Source of the DNA: Clostridia bacterium
GTDB lineage: Bacteria; Bacillota; Clostridia; CAKSNL01; HGM11501
DNA: 54,039 bases
Assembly (NCBI GenBank): GCA_045545475.1
Contig: JAZQAZ010000038.1
Span: 1-54,039, forward strand
Direction of reading: 5' to 3'
Part shown: one piece after another, positions 9,996-19,631 of the stretch
Numbering within the stretch: the stretch's first letter is position 1
How the letters are laid out: each line of letters begins with the position of its first letter
Program-made: the position numbers and the translations under genes
The notes under the pieces: model-generated
Told to the model about the DNA's origin: nothing
Databases searched by the model: none
The model's input: the letters and a program-made list of their open reading frames with translations, nothing else

Positions 9996-10724
9996 ATGTT
10001 TAATCTTGAAGGAAAAAAGGCTCTTGTAACAGGCTCAACTCAAGGGATTGGTCTTGCTATTGCGAAAACCTTATCGGAATACGGGGCTACTGTTTTCATC
10101 CACTGCGGAAGCTCAGAGGAAAAAGCAAAAAATATTTCCTCGGAAATAAAAAACTCCCACCCGGTATGTGTAAACCTGCTTGAAAGAGATGCAGCAGAAA
10201 AGCTTTATGCCGCAACGGGAGACGTTGATATTGTAATCTTAAATGCCTCTGTTCAGATAAAGAAAAAGTGGGACGAAATTACTGAAGAGGATATGTATAA
10301 GCAGTTTGATATTAATGTGAAATCCACTTTCAAGCTTATACAGAAATATGTCCCCAAAATGAAGGAAAACTCATGGGGCAGAATCATTACGGTTGGCAGT
10401 GTTCAGCAGTATAAACCCCATAAGGAAATGGCGTTTTACGCAGCGACAAAATCCGCCAATATGAACATTGTAACAAATCTGGCATCACAGCTTGCTCCTT
10501 TCGGAATAACCGTAAACAACATTGCACCGGGTGTAATTGCAACACCGAGAAATGAAGATGCCTTAAACGATGAAAAATACAGAGATATCGTTTTATCAAA
10601 AATTCCTGCAGGATATGCGGGAGCATCTTATGACATAGCAGGCGGCGCACTCCTTCTTTCAAGCGACGCGGGACGTTACATCACAGGTACCGACATCATA
10701 ATCGACGGCGGTATGCATTTATAA
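9996..10724 (+). CDS. Short-chain dehydrogenase/reductase (gluconate 5-dehydrogenase-like)
   Basis: TGSTQGIG, YAATK, NNIAPG, IDGG. Confidence 0.92.
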   Translation: MFNLEGKKALVTGSTQGIGLAIAKTLSEYGATVFIHCGSSEEKAKNISSEIKNSHPVCVNLLERDAAEKLYAATGDVDIVILNASVQIKKKWDEITEEDMYKQFDINVKSTFKLIQKYVPKMKENSWGRIITVGSVQQYKPHKEMAFYAATKSANMNIVTNLASQLAPFGITVNNIAPGVIATPRNEDALNDEKYRDIVLSKIPAGYAGASYDIAGGALLLSSDAGRYITGTDIIIDGGMHL

Positions 10725-10725
10725 T

Positions 10726-10755
10726 AAAAAGGTTCGGATTTTCCGAACCTTTTTT
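10726..10755 (+). terminator. Intrinsic terminator
   Basis: AAAAAGGTTCGGA-ttt-TCCGAACCTTTTTT. Confidence 0.85.
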
Positions 10756-10809
10756 GCTGTAAAACTTAGTAAATCTAACATTTTTCAATAAAAGTATGGA
10801 AAAATTCTA

Positions 10810-10838
10810 TTGAATAGTGGATGTTGCAATGCTATAAT
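10810..10838 (+). promoter_or_regulatory. sigmaA promoter of the aminotransferase operon
   Basis: TTGAAT-17 bp-TATAAT with extended TG. Confidence 0.7.
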
Positions 10839-10898
10839 TACGATAGGAATAATGAATTAGTGTTTATTGGCGATTTAGCTTAGAAAGGACAGAGAAAT

Positions 10899-12437
10899 AT
10901 GATAAAGAATATATCCCGTTCCCTTAAAGATCTTTTAGGCTCTGACTATATGGAAGCCGTAATTTCGGTAGCCACTAAAATCTGCGGTATGGAAAAGGAA
11001 GAGGCGGAGTTTCTTGCAAATGAAAAGGTTGACTTTTTCCCCGATGATTATATAGCAAAAATGGATGATCTTGCGGAAAAAACAGGGGAAAAGCTTCTTA
11101 AAGGTTTTGAAAACAGCGAAAAAGGTGCACCCACCGATTCCTTCGGAAAGGCGGCACACCAAAATATGGCTCCCATCGGAGGCTTTGGCTGTACAAGAAT
11201 CGGTGAGGACGGAAAAGCGTACTTAATCGCAAAGAGCGAGCATTATCACGCCTCGCTGGGTCACAATTTCCCGGGCTATAAGCTTATCAATAACGCCAGG
11301 AAGCTTGGCATATTAAATGCAACCCATAACAATACAAGAGGATACATAACCCGTCTTGCAGAAAGAAGAATAATTGCGGCCGCAAACGGTGCAAAAAACG
11401 ATGCGGAAATTGATGCAATTCTTACATCCAAAGAGCCTCACGTGTTAAACCGCATAATCAACCTTGAAACGGGAAGTTTAGCTGGAGAGGCGGGTATTAA
11501 AATGATGCTGTCCCGCTTCTATAAGCTTGACGGAAGCTATGGCGATCCTCTTTATGACGGCAAAATCCCGGTATTTTTGGTTATGGAAGACAACAAGGAA
11601 GGCCTTGGTGCAAACTACCACGGAACAACAATTATGGCGCAGACCTTCCGCGGAATGTGGCCTACGTTCTATGAAAAGTGCGAAAAGAACGAGCTATACA
11701 AAGTTGTAAGTGTAAAGAAAAACGATATATCGGATTTTGAAGAAAAGATAAAAAAATACAACAGCGGAAGCTATAAGACAGCAGGGTTTATTCACGAGAT
11801 AATCCTTATGAACTATGCGGGAATCCGCCTCACAAAAGAGTATTTGGAGAAAGCTCACGAGCTTTGCAAAGCAACAGACACTCTTATTATGGTTGACGAA
11901 ATCCAGTCATGTATGTGGTATGATGGGATGTTTCTTTTCAGAAAGTACGGTCTAAAGCCTGATTTTGTAATGATAGGAAAGGGGTTCCCCGGCGGTGAAT
12001 ATTCCGCAAGTAAGCTTTTGACAACTGCACCTGCGGATAATTTGAATCAGTTCGGTGCTCTTGTCACCAACGGTCAGGAGGAACTTGCAAGCCTTTCATA
12101 TCTCATCACTATGGAATTTGCTTCAGCCAACGGAAAAGAAATTGATGAGATGGGCGAAAAAATTGAAAAAGGTATTCTTGAATTAAGTAAAAAATATCCT
12201 GAGCTTCTTCCGCCTCCCGAGGGGCTTGGCCATCTTTCGGCAATACATTTTAACAGTGTGGAAAAAGCGGCGGAATTTACAAAGATAATGAACGGTATGT
12301 GTGTTGATATAAGTGCACAGCTTTATAAACCGGACTGCCCGCCTGCGGTGCTTCTTAAGCCGCCGGTTATCACGGATGATAAAGTGCTTTCCGTACTTCT
12401 TGAAAAAATAAACGAAGGCTTGTTAAAGCTTAATTAA
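10899..12437 (+). CDS. Divergent class-III PLP-dependent aminotransferase
   Basis: SLGH, TGSLAGEAGIK, NYHGTT, VDEIQS, PDFVMIGKG (PLP lysine); N-terminal extension of about 100 aa. Confidence 0.85.
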   Translation: MIKNISRSLKDLLGSDYMEAVISVATKICGMEKEEAEFLANEKVDFFPDDYIAKMDDLAEKTGEKLLKGFENSEKGAPTDSFGKAAHQNMAPIGGFGCTRIGEDGKAYLIAKSEHYHASLGHNFPGYKLINNARKLGILNATHNNTRGYITRLAERRIIAAANGAKNDAEIDAILTSKEPHVLNRIINLETGSLAGEAGIKMMLSRFYKLDGSYGDPLYDGKIPVFLVMEDNKEGLGANYHGTTIMAQTFRGMWPTFYEKCEKNELYKVVSVKKNDISDFEEKIKKYNSGSYKTAGFIHEIILMNYAGIRLTKEYLEKAHELCKATDTLIMVDEIQSCMWYDGMFLFRKYGLKPDFVMIGKGFPGGEYSASKLLTTAPADNLNQFGALVTNGQEELASLSYLITMEFASANGKEIDEMGEKIEKGILELSKKYPELLPPPEGLGHLSAIHFNSVEKAAEFTKIMNGMCVDISAQLYKPDCPPAVLLKPPVITDDKVLSVLLEKINEGLLKLN

Positions 12438-12450
12438 AAGGAGGATTATT

Positions 12451-13818
12451 ATGAAAATAGGTTATTTGCCGCTTTATATAAAACTTTATGATGATATCGG
12501 TGCAAAGCGTGCCGTTATGCAGAAATTTTACGAGGATACGACCGAAATTTTCCGTGAAAAGGGACTTACGGTCGTTACATCGGATTTTTGCCGTATAGAA
12601 TCCGAATTTAAGGAAACTGTTAAAAGATTTGAGGATGAAAAGGTTGATGCCATTGTTACCTGGCATGCGGCATATTCTCCTTCTCTCGAGTCAATTGAGG
12701 TTCTTGCAAATACAAATCTTCCGATTATTGTGTTTGACTCAACGCCAACCAAGGTGTTTGATCAGGATGCAATACTCGAAGGTGCAGTAAGCTGGAACCA
12801 CGGCATTCACGGCGTTATGGATATGTGCAGTATGCTTAAAAGATATGGAAAGCCCTATGCAATTGCAGCAGGTCACTATCTTGACGGTAAGTGCATTGAC
12901 CGTGTTATAGGCTTTGTTAAAAGTGCAGTTGCGGCAAGAAAGCTTAAGGGAATGAAGGTGGGTCTTGTGGGCGGAGCCTTCAAAGGTATGGGCGATTTTG
13001 CGGTTGACCCTGACGAGCTTAAGGAACGCTTCGGAATAACCGTTGAAAATGTGGATAAGACATACCTTGCAGGGTTAGTTTCGGATATAACAGAAGAGGA
13101 AATTGAAGAAGAGCTTGCAAACGACCGTAAGATGTATGACTTTGCCGATAATATTGTTACTGAGGAATATAGGCCCTACACGGCTTCCTGTCTTGCTCTT
13201 CGTAAGGCTGTAAAGGAAAAAGAGTATGATGCATTTTCCGTAAACTTTTTGGATGTTGAAGGACTTGGAACAATGCCCTTTACAGAAGCCTGCAAATCTA
13301 TGGAAAAGGGCATAGGCTATGCAGGTGAGGGCGATGCCCTTACGGCATCATTTACAGGGGCGCTTCTTCAAGGATACCCCGAAACAAGCTTTGTTGAAAT
13401 TTTCTGCCCGGTATGGACGGAGAATAAACTGTTCTTAAGCCATATGGGCGAAATGAACTACCGCATAATTGAAGGAAAGCCTTACCTTGCAAGAACAGGC
13501 TCAGCATATGTCAAGGGCGTTATGCCTTATGCAGGATATTCCTGCATGAAGGCGGGTAAAGGCGTCTATGTAAATATCAGCCGTGACAAGGATGACTATC
13601 AGATGCTTATAACTCCCTGCGAAATGGTTTGTGAGGAAGAAGCTAAAAAGAAAACTGTTATGCGTGGATGGATGAAGCCTGAAAGTGATATAGGAACATT
13701 TCTTGAAAACCTCAGCAAAAACGGTGCCACACACCACAGCTCCTTCGTTTACGGTGCAACCGTGGAAGAGCTTGAATTTTTCGCAAAGCTTCTTTCTATA
13801 AAGACTGTTGTAATATAA
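12451..13818 (+). CDS. L-fucose/L-arabinose isomerase family protein
   Basis: NHGIHG, GYAGEGD, FLSHMGE, GATHHS motifs as in AraA/FucI-like isomerases. Confidence 0.8.
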   Translation: MKIGYLPLYIKLYDDIGAKRAVMQKFYEDTTEIFREKGLTVVTSDFCRIESEFKETVKRFEDEKVDAIVTWHAAYSPSLESIEVLANTNLPIIVFDSTPTKVFDQDAILEGAVSWNHGIHGVMDMCSMLKRYGKPYAIAAGHYLDGKCIDRVIGFVKSAVAARKLKGMKVGLVGGAFKGMGDFAVDPDELKERFGITVENVDKTYLAGLVSDITEEEIEEELANDRKMYDFADNIVTEEYRPYTASCLALRKAVKEKEYDAFSVNFLDVEGLGTMPFTEACKSMEKGIGYAGEGDALTASFTGALLQGYPETSFVEIFCPVWTENKLFLSHMGEMNYRIIEGKPYLARTGSAYVKGVMPYAGYSCMKAGKGVYVNISRDKDDYQMLITPCEMVCEEEAKKKTVMRGWMKPESDIGTFLENLSKNGATHHSSFVYGATVEELEFFAKLLSIKTVVI

Positions 13819-13829
13819 GGGGCATTGTT

Positions 13830-15179
13830 ATGAAATATCTTATTGGTCTTGATATAGGAACATCCGCCGTAAAAGGTGTTCTTATGACAGCGGACGGTGT
13901 TGTTACAAAAACGGCATCTTCTCCTTTTATATATGAAAAACTCGAAAACGGCGGCGTGGAAATAGAGGCAGATAAATATGTCGAAGCTTGTTTTTGGGCA
14001 ATAAAGGAGCTTGCGAACGATGTTGACGGCGAAATATGCGGAATTTCGGCGTCTTCCGCCAGCGGTAATCTTTTGGTTTTAGATAAAGATAATAAGCCTG
14101 TAACTCCCATATACAACTGGCAGGATAAAAGAGTTACAACGGAGTCAGAGGAAATATTGGGCGATATAGATAAAGATGCGCTTTATAAAAAAATCGGCTG
14201 GCCATTTTCCGGAAAAACCTTTCCTTTGGCACTTTTATGCTATGTCAAAAAGCACTTTCCTGAAAAAATAGTATCTTGTGGTAAAGTTTGTATGAGCACA
14301 GAGTATTTATACTACCTTTTAACGGGAAAGTGGGGGATAAGCTCATCTGCCGGCACTCCGTTTTTCCTTATTGACCAGAACACGGGTAAATATATCCCCG
14401 AGCTTCTTGATGCAATCGGTATAACGGAAGATAAATTGCCGCCCATTATGCCTTGCGGAAGCGTGGTAGGATGCGTCAGTGAAATATCATCAAAAAAGTG
14501 CGGACTTCCGGCAGGCACTCCTGTGGTATTGGGAAGCTTTGACCATCCTTCTGCTGCAAGGGGAGCGGGAGTGTTTAACGAAGGAGAAATGCTTCTTTCC
14601 TGCGGTACCTCCTGGGTTGGCTTTTTCCCGATAAATGACCGTGAAAAGGCGGCGTCCGCCAAAATTCTTATCGACCCATTTTTGTCTGAAAAAGGCGGAG
14701 CGTGGGGGACAATGGTTTCGGTTTCATCCCTTTCAAATTATATTGATTTATATATAAAAAGATATATTGACGATTCCGATAACCGCTTCGACATACTGAC
14801 AAATCTTGCGAGAAAAAGTATTCACGGTGCAAACGGACTTTCAATCTGCCTTACGGATGAGCCGGATGATGAAAAGATAAAATCATTTCCAAGGGAAGAC
14901 ATCGCAAGGGCAATTATGGAAGGTGCGGTTAATCTCCTTAAGGCTAAGCTTGACATATTAAAGGGAATAGGAATAAGTCCGAAAACAGCTGTAATGGTTG
15001 GCGGGCCTTCCAAAAACCCACTGTATCTTGAAATTATAGAAGAAATCTGCGGCATAAAGGCATTAGTCCGTCACGGCGTAAATGCCGGAGCGGTGGGTGC
15101 TGCTATGCTTGCAGGAATCGGGGCAGGATTATTTAAAGACGAAAATGATGCAAATAGAATTTTTAATGAAAGAGGGTAA
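13830..15179 (+). CDS. FGGY family carbohydrate kinase (xylulokinase-like)
   Basis: IGLDIGTSAVK, YNWQDKR, GSFDHPSAARG, SCGTS, RAIMEG, VGGPS, GAVGAAMLAG. Confidence 0.9.
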   Translation: MKYLIGLDIGTSAVKGVLMTADGVVTKTASSPFIYEKLENGGVEIEADKYVEACFWAIKELANDVDGEICGISASSASGNLLVLDKDNKPVTPIYNWQDKRVTTESEEILGDIDKDALYKKIGWPFSGKTFPLALLCYVKKHFPEKIVSCGKVCMSTEYLYYLLTGKWGISSSAGTPFFLIDQNTGKYIPELLDAIGITEDKLPPIMPCGSVVGCVSEISSKKCGLPAGTPVVLGSFDHPSAARGAGVFNEGEMLLSCGTSWVGFFPINDREKAASAKILIDPFLSEKGGAWGTMVSVSSLSNYIDLYIKRYIDDSDNRFDILTNLARKSIHGANGLSICLTDEPDDEKIKSFPREDIARAIMEGAVNLLKAKLDILKGIGISPKTAVMVGGPSKNPLYLEIIEEICGIKALVRHGVNAGAVGAAMLAGIGAGLFKDENDANRIFNERG

Positions 15180-15184
15180 TTTAT

Positions 15185-16204
15185 ATGTTTAATATGCAGG
15201 TTACTGATTATGACAGATGGGTGTATGAAAACGAAATAAAGGATTTTCTGCCTAAAGAATTTATAGATTTTCATATTCATTCATATAAAAATACATTCAA
15301 GCCGGCGGGGAGTCGTAACGGAGGCTCTGCCTGGACAAGGCTGGTTGCCGACGAAATGACCACAGAGCAGATGCTGGATTGTTTCCGTCAGTATTTCCCC
15401 GAAAACAAGGTTACGCCCTTGATTTTCGGAAGCTGCTTAAGAGACTTTAAAGAAACAAACGATTATGTGAGGGAAGAAGGCAGGAAATACGGCTTTCCTA
15501 CATTGTACAGAAGCTCCTATGATATGGATTTAAACGAGCTTGAAAAGAATGTTAATGAGGGTGGCTTTTTAGGACTTAAGCCTTATCTTTCTTATTGTCC
15601 GTCATACATTCCGTCAAAGGAAGTAAGAATTTTCGACTTTTTACCAGAAGAACAGCTTAAGCTTGCGGATAAAAACGGCTGGATAATAATGCTTCATATT
15701 GGTCGTGACGGAAGACTTAAAGACCCTGTAAACCTTGGTCAGCTTATGGAAATAGAAGAAAAATATCCCAATCTTAAATTAATTGTGGCACATATCGGAA
15801 GAGCATATTCAAAAGAAGATATAGGAAATGCCTTTGAAATTTTGAAAAATACAAAAAATATGTACTTTGACTTTACTGCAAATATGTGCGACGATGCAAT
15901 CCGTGAGTGTATTAAGGCTGTGGGACCGAAGCGCCTTATGTACGGCTCTGACCTACCCATTGCAATAATGCGAATGTACAGAATTACGGAAAACGGAGTT
16001 TATTACAATGTGGTGCCCCGCGGTCTTTACGGATGTGTTGAGGGTGAGCCTCATATGCGTGAAACCGACGAGGAAAACGTAACCATTATGATGTATGAGC
16101 AGATTCGTGCAATGAAAAGGGTTGCCGAAGAACTTAAGCTTACAAGAGAAGATATAGAAGATATTTTCTGCGGCAATGCAAAGAGACTTCTCGGAATGAA
16201 ATAA
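15185..16204 (+). CDS. Amidohydrolase_2 family metal-dependent hydrolase
   Basis: IDFHIH, MLHIG, VAHIG, MYGSDLP, NAKRLL. Confidence 0.85.
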   Translation: MFNMQVTDYDRWVYENEIKDFLPKEFIDFHIHSYKNTFKPAGSRNGGSAWTRLVADEMTTEQMLDCFRQYFPENKVTPLIFGSCLRDFKETNDYVREEGRKYGFPTLYRSSYDMDLNELEKNVNEGGFLGLKPYLSYCPSYIPSKEVRIFDFLPEEQLKLADKNGWIIMLHIGRDGRLKDPVNLGQLMEIEEKYPNLKLIVAHIGRAYSKEDIGNAFEILKNTKNMYFDFTANMCDDAIRECIKAVGPKRLMYGSDLPIAIMRMYRITENGVYYNVVPRGLYGCVEGEPHMRETDEENVTIMMYEQIRAMKRVAEELKLTREDIEDIFCGNAKRLLGMK

Positions 16205-16235
16205 AAAATAGGGAGAAAATATTTCTCCCTATTTT
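16203..16235 (+). terminator. Intrinsic terminator
   Basis: AAAATAGGGAGAAA-ata-TTTCTCCCTATTTT. Confidence 0.8.
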
Positions 16236-16379
16236 CTTTATTAAATCTTTTCAAAATGTCAAAATAAATCAATCAAAGAGGCATATGAAAATCATAGACT
16301 TTTATAAGATAGTGTGATACACTAATAAAAATTACAGTCTGATTTGTTATAGTGAAAACAAATATTAAGGAGTGTTTCT

Positions 16380-17987
16380 ATGAAATTTAAAAGCATACCT
16401 GTGGCTAAAAATGCCGTTTACGGAAACGAGTGGGAATTTTCCCTTCCGCTTAATATTTCACTTGACAATTACAAAGAAAAGATAAATGTGCTGACAGAAG
16501 CATTATTCGGAAGCTATGCCTTAACAGGCGATGAAGGAACCATAAAAGCGAGCTTTGATGAAAAACTGAAAGTAAAAGGCGAATACGGCCTTAAAATATC
16601 GTCAGGAAAAGCACATATAACCTACGGCGACTATGAGGGCTTAAGAAATGCTTTGGCACATATAAGTAATATCTTAAAAATAAGAGAAGGTAAGGCATAT
16701 CTTCCTGAGTGCGATTTTTCCGATAAGCCAAGGTTTACACACCGCGGAGTTATGATAGACCTTGCAAGGGGAATTCCGGACAAGGAACGCTTTCTGGATG
16801 ATTTGGCACTTATGGCAAAGGCAAAAATCAACATTTTGCATCTTCATCTTTCGGATAATAAGGGCTTTGCAATTAAACTTTCTGTGCTTAAAGAAGAAAT
16901 GTTTATAGAAAACGCCTATAGTATTTCTGAAATAAAAGAGCTGATTTCCCTTTGCGACAGCCTCGGGCTTGAAATAATCCCCGAATTTGACTGTCCAGGT
17001 CACAGCGGAAAGCTTGTTGAATGCTATCCTTATCTTACCTGTGAAACCGACCTTTCAGAGCAAAGTAAATGGACACCCTGCATAGGTGAAGGAAGCGTTT
17101 TTAAGATATATGAGAATATAATCGATGAGCTTTGTGAAATTTTTCATTATGAATATTTCCACATCGGAGGCGACGAGCTTTCATTTGACGATTTGGGACT
17201 TGCGGCAAAATGCCATTGGGCAGAATGCAGAAAGTGCAACGCCTTTATGAAGGATAACGGCATAGCCGATGTGCAGGATTTGTACTATTATGTAATGACA
17301 AAGGCTTATGAAATGGTTAAAAAGAACGGCAAAAAGGTTATTATGTGGAACGATCAGATTGACACCGAAAGAGAGATTAAGCTGCCTTCTGACATTATAC
17401 TTCATTTCTGGAGAGTTGCCGCACCAAAGCGAGGTCCTCATATAAATATATCAATGAACAGCCAGTTAAAGACGGGAAGGAAAATGATAAACTCCCATTA
17501 TCCCGAGGCGTATGTTGATATTGATTATACTCACGAAAGAGCAAATAAGGAAGATACCGTAGGAAACTGGAAAATAGATGAGCGCCCCTATAGCGATGAA
17601 GAATTGAAAGAGAATATCATTGGAAGTGAAATGTGTGCCTGGGAATACGGCAACGAAAAGGATTATCCCCATTACAGCTATACTCTTCCTTCGGAAATTT
17701 TAATTTACGGCGATAAAATGTGGAATAACGAGTGTTTCAGCATTGATGAAGATTATGAAAAGGCACTTACGAAAATTCTTTTAGGCTTTACAAGCCCTGA
17801 TGACTTAAATGTATTTGCCTGCCTCGGAGGTGCTATTCTTTCCCGGAAAGATGAAAAGTGCATTCCTTCAAAAATCACAAAGGATAAGGCTTTTCTTATT
17901 GAAACTAAAAACGCTCTTTCAAAAATTCCGGGACGCCTTTCGAAGATTTACACAGAGTGCATAGTAGAAGCACTTGAGAAAATATGA
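16380..17987 (+). CDS. GH20 beta-N-acetylhexosaminidase, no signal peptide
   Basis: DKPRFTHRGVMIDLAR, LHLHLSD, IIPEFDCPGH, catalytic HIGGDE, IMWND. Confidence 0.9.
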   Translation: MKFKSIPVAKNAVYGNEWEFSLPLNISLDNYKEKINVLTEALFGSYALTGDEGTIKASFDEKLKVKGEYGLKISSGKAHITYGDYEGLRNALAHISNILKIREGKAYLPECDFSDKPRFTHRGVMIDLARGIPDKERFLDDLALMAKAKINILHLHLSDNKGFAIKLSVLKEEMFIENAYSISEIKELISLCDSLGLEIIPEFDCPGHSGKLVECYPYLTCETDLSEQSKWTPCIGEGSVFKIYENIIDELCEIFHYEYFHIGGDELSFDDLGLAAKCHWAECRKCNAFMKDNGIADVQDLYYYVMTKAYEMVKKNGKKVIMWNDQIDTEREIKLPSDIILHFWRVAAPKRGPHINISMNSQLKTGRKMINSHYPEAYVDIDYTHERANKEDTVGNWKIDERPYSDEELKENIIGSEMCAWEYGNEKDYPHYSYTLPSEILIYGDKMWNNECFSIDEDYEKALTKILLGFTSPDDLNVFACLGGAILSRKDEKCIPSKITKDKAFLIETKNALSKIPGRLSKIYTECIVEALEKI

Positions 17988-18028
17988 AAAAACGCTGTCT
18001 TCTGATGAAGGCAGCGCTTGTTTTTTTT
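17988..18028 (+). terminator. Intrinsic terminator
   Basis: CGCTGTCTTC-tgat-GAAGGCAGCG followed by a T-rich tail. Confidence 0.7.
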
Positions 18029-18082
18029 AGATAAATGTGGTATACTATTTACATAGACTAATGGAGAAGAGAGGATTTTACA

Positions 18083-19624
18083 ATGAAGCTTGCAAGTATA
18101 TTTACAGACCATATGGTACTTCAGAGGGATATGCCTATACGCGTTTTCGGAACGGGCGAAGGAAAGGTAAAAGTGACGTTTCTTGGCGAAACGGCGGAAG
18201 GCACATCTGAAAACGGAAAATGGCGTGTAAAACTTTCGCCAAAACCTTTTGGCGGCCCCTATGAAATGAAAATAGACCTTGGCGGAGAAGAACTTGTTTT
18301 AAGAGATATTTTAATCGGGGACGTGTTTTTAGCTTCCGGGCAGTCAAATATGGAGATGCCGCTTTTCGCAACGGAATCGGGGTTTTCGGATGCCGTAAAC
18401 TGCGATAATGCCTCCATCCGCTATTTCACCGTGCCAAGAAGATACAAAAAGGGCGTTGATACATACGGATACCACTTTGCGGATGTCTATAACTGCGATA
18501 CGCCATGGCAGATAAAAACGGAGGAATCAGCGCTTAATTTTACTGCAATAGGCCACTACTTTGCAGAGTATCTCCAAAGGGAAGTAAACGTGCCCATAGG
18601 CATCATTTCCTGCAACTGGGGAGGACGCAGAATTGAAGCCTTTATAGAAAAATCATACTTTTACGGAGTGCCGTCCTTAGAGGGGCAGATGAAAGCGTTT
18701 ACTGAATTTACATCTTCCCTTGATATGGAAGAGTATGAAAAAGACTTTGAAAAATTCACAAAAGATGTGGAAGAATATATAAAAGAAAAACACAAGGGTA
18801 AGCTTGATGATACAAGGCAACTTGGAGTTTACGCTGCGGCACCTAAGGCAAATCTGGATGATTTTCCGCAGAAACTAAAAGGCCCTTACGACTCGGTATC
18901 GCCTTCGGTTTTGTGGGAAAGTATGTTTTCTGAAATAGTTCCCTTTGGCGTCCGGGCAATGCTCTGGTATCAGGGAGAGTCCAACGGATATGACAGGGAC
19001 TACCTTGAAAAATATCTTACCTTCTTAAAATGCATAAGAGAACAGTTTGAATGTGATATGGATGTGTATGCCGTGGAGCTTGCACCCTACATAGGAAAGC
19101 ACGCTGACTTAAAGGATATATCTGACCTTAAGTTTATAACCGGAAACAACTGGGCATTTTTAAGGGAAGATCAGCAAAAGGCAACTTTAATGGGTGATAA
19201 AAACTACCTTGTCACGTCGGCAGAGCAAGGGGATATATTTGAAATTCACCCCAAACGCAAAAAGGAAATTGCCCGCCGTCTTTCCTTAAAGGCTATGAAA
19301 CACACCTACGGAATGGATATTTTAGCAGATCAGCCTATATTCAAATCGGTGGAATTCAAAGACGGAAAGGCTTATATAACACTTTATAATGCAGACGGCT
19401 TATACGGACAGACCGGCGGTGTGGAAATGCTTATCGCAGGGAAAGATAAGGTGCTTAAGAGAGGTTTTGTAAATATAACTGAGGATAACCGTTTAGAAGT
19501 ATATTCTCCCGAAGTGCCGGAACCAGAAATTGTGCGCTACGGCTTTGGAATGTACTATTTCGGAAAGCATATCTATAATGGTGCAGGACTTCCGCTTGCA
19601 CCCTTCAGAACAGATAAGGACTGA
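18083..19624 (+). CDS. Sialate O-acetylesterase family (SGNH) protein
   Basis: FTDHMVLQRD, ASGQSNM, WGG, WYQGESN, EIHP, GLPLAPFRTD; no signal peptide. Confidence 0.9.
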   Translation: MKLASIFTDHMVLQRDMPIRVFGTGEGKVKVTFLGETAEGTSENGKWRVKLSPKPFGGPYEMKIDLGGEELVLRDILIGDVFLASGQSNMEMPLFATESGFSDAVNCDNASIRYFTVPRRYKKGVDTYGYHFADVYNCDTPWQIKTEESALNFTAIGHYFAEYLQREVNVPIGIISCNWGGRRIEAFIEKSYFYGVPSLEGQMKAFTEFTSSLDMEEYEKDFEKFTKDVEEYIKEKHKGKLDDTRQLGVYAAAPKANLDDFPQKLKGPYDSVSPSVLWESMFSEIVPFGVRAMLWYQGESNGYDRDYLEKYLTFLKCIREQFECDMDVYAVELAPYIGKHADLKDISDLKFITGNNWAFLREDQQKATLMGDKNYLVTSAEQGDIFEIHPKRKKEIARRLSLKAMKHTYGMDILADQPIFKSVEFKDGKAYITLYNADGLYGQTGGVEMLIAGKDKVLKRGFVNITEDNRLEVYSPEVPEPEIVRYGFGMYYFGKHIYNGAGLPLAPFRTDKD

Positions 19625-19631
19625 AAGTAAA

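Noticed and set aside
19530-19631. N-terminal extension of ogt
   Set aside because: Overlaps the esterase 3' end; Ogt-like sequence begins at ATG 19632
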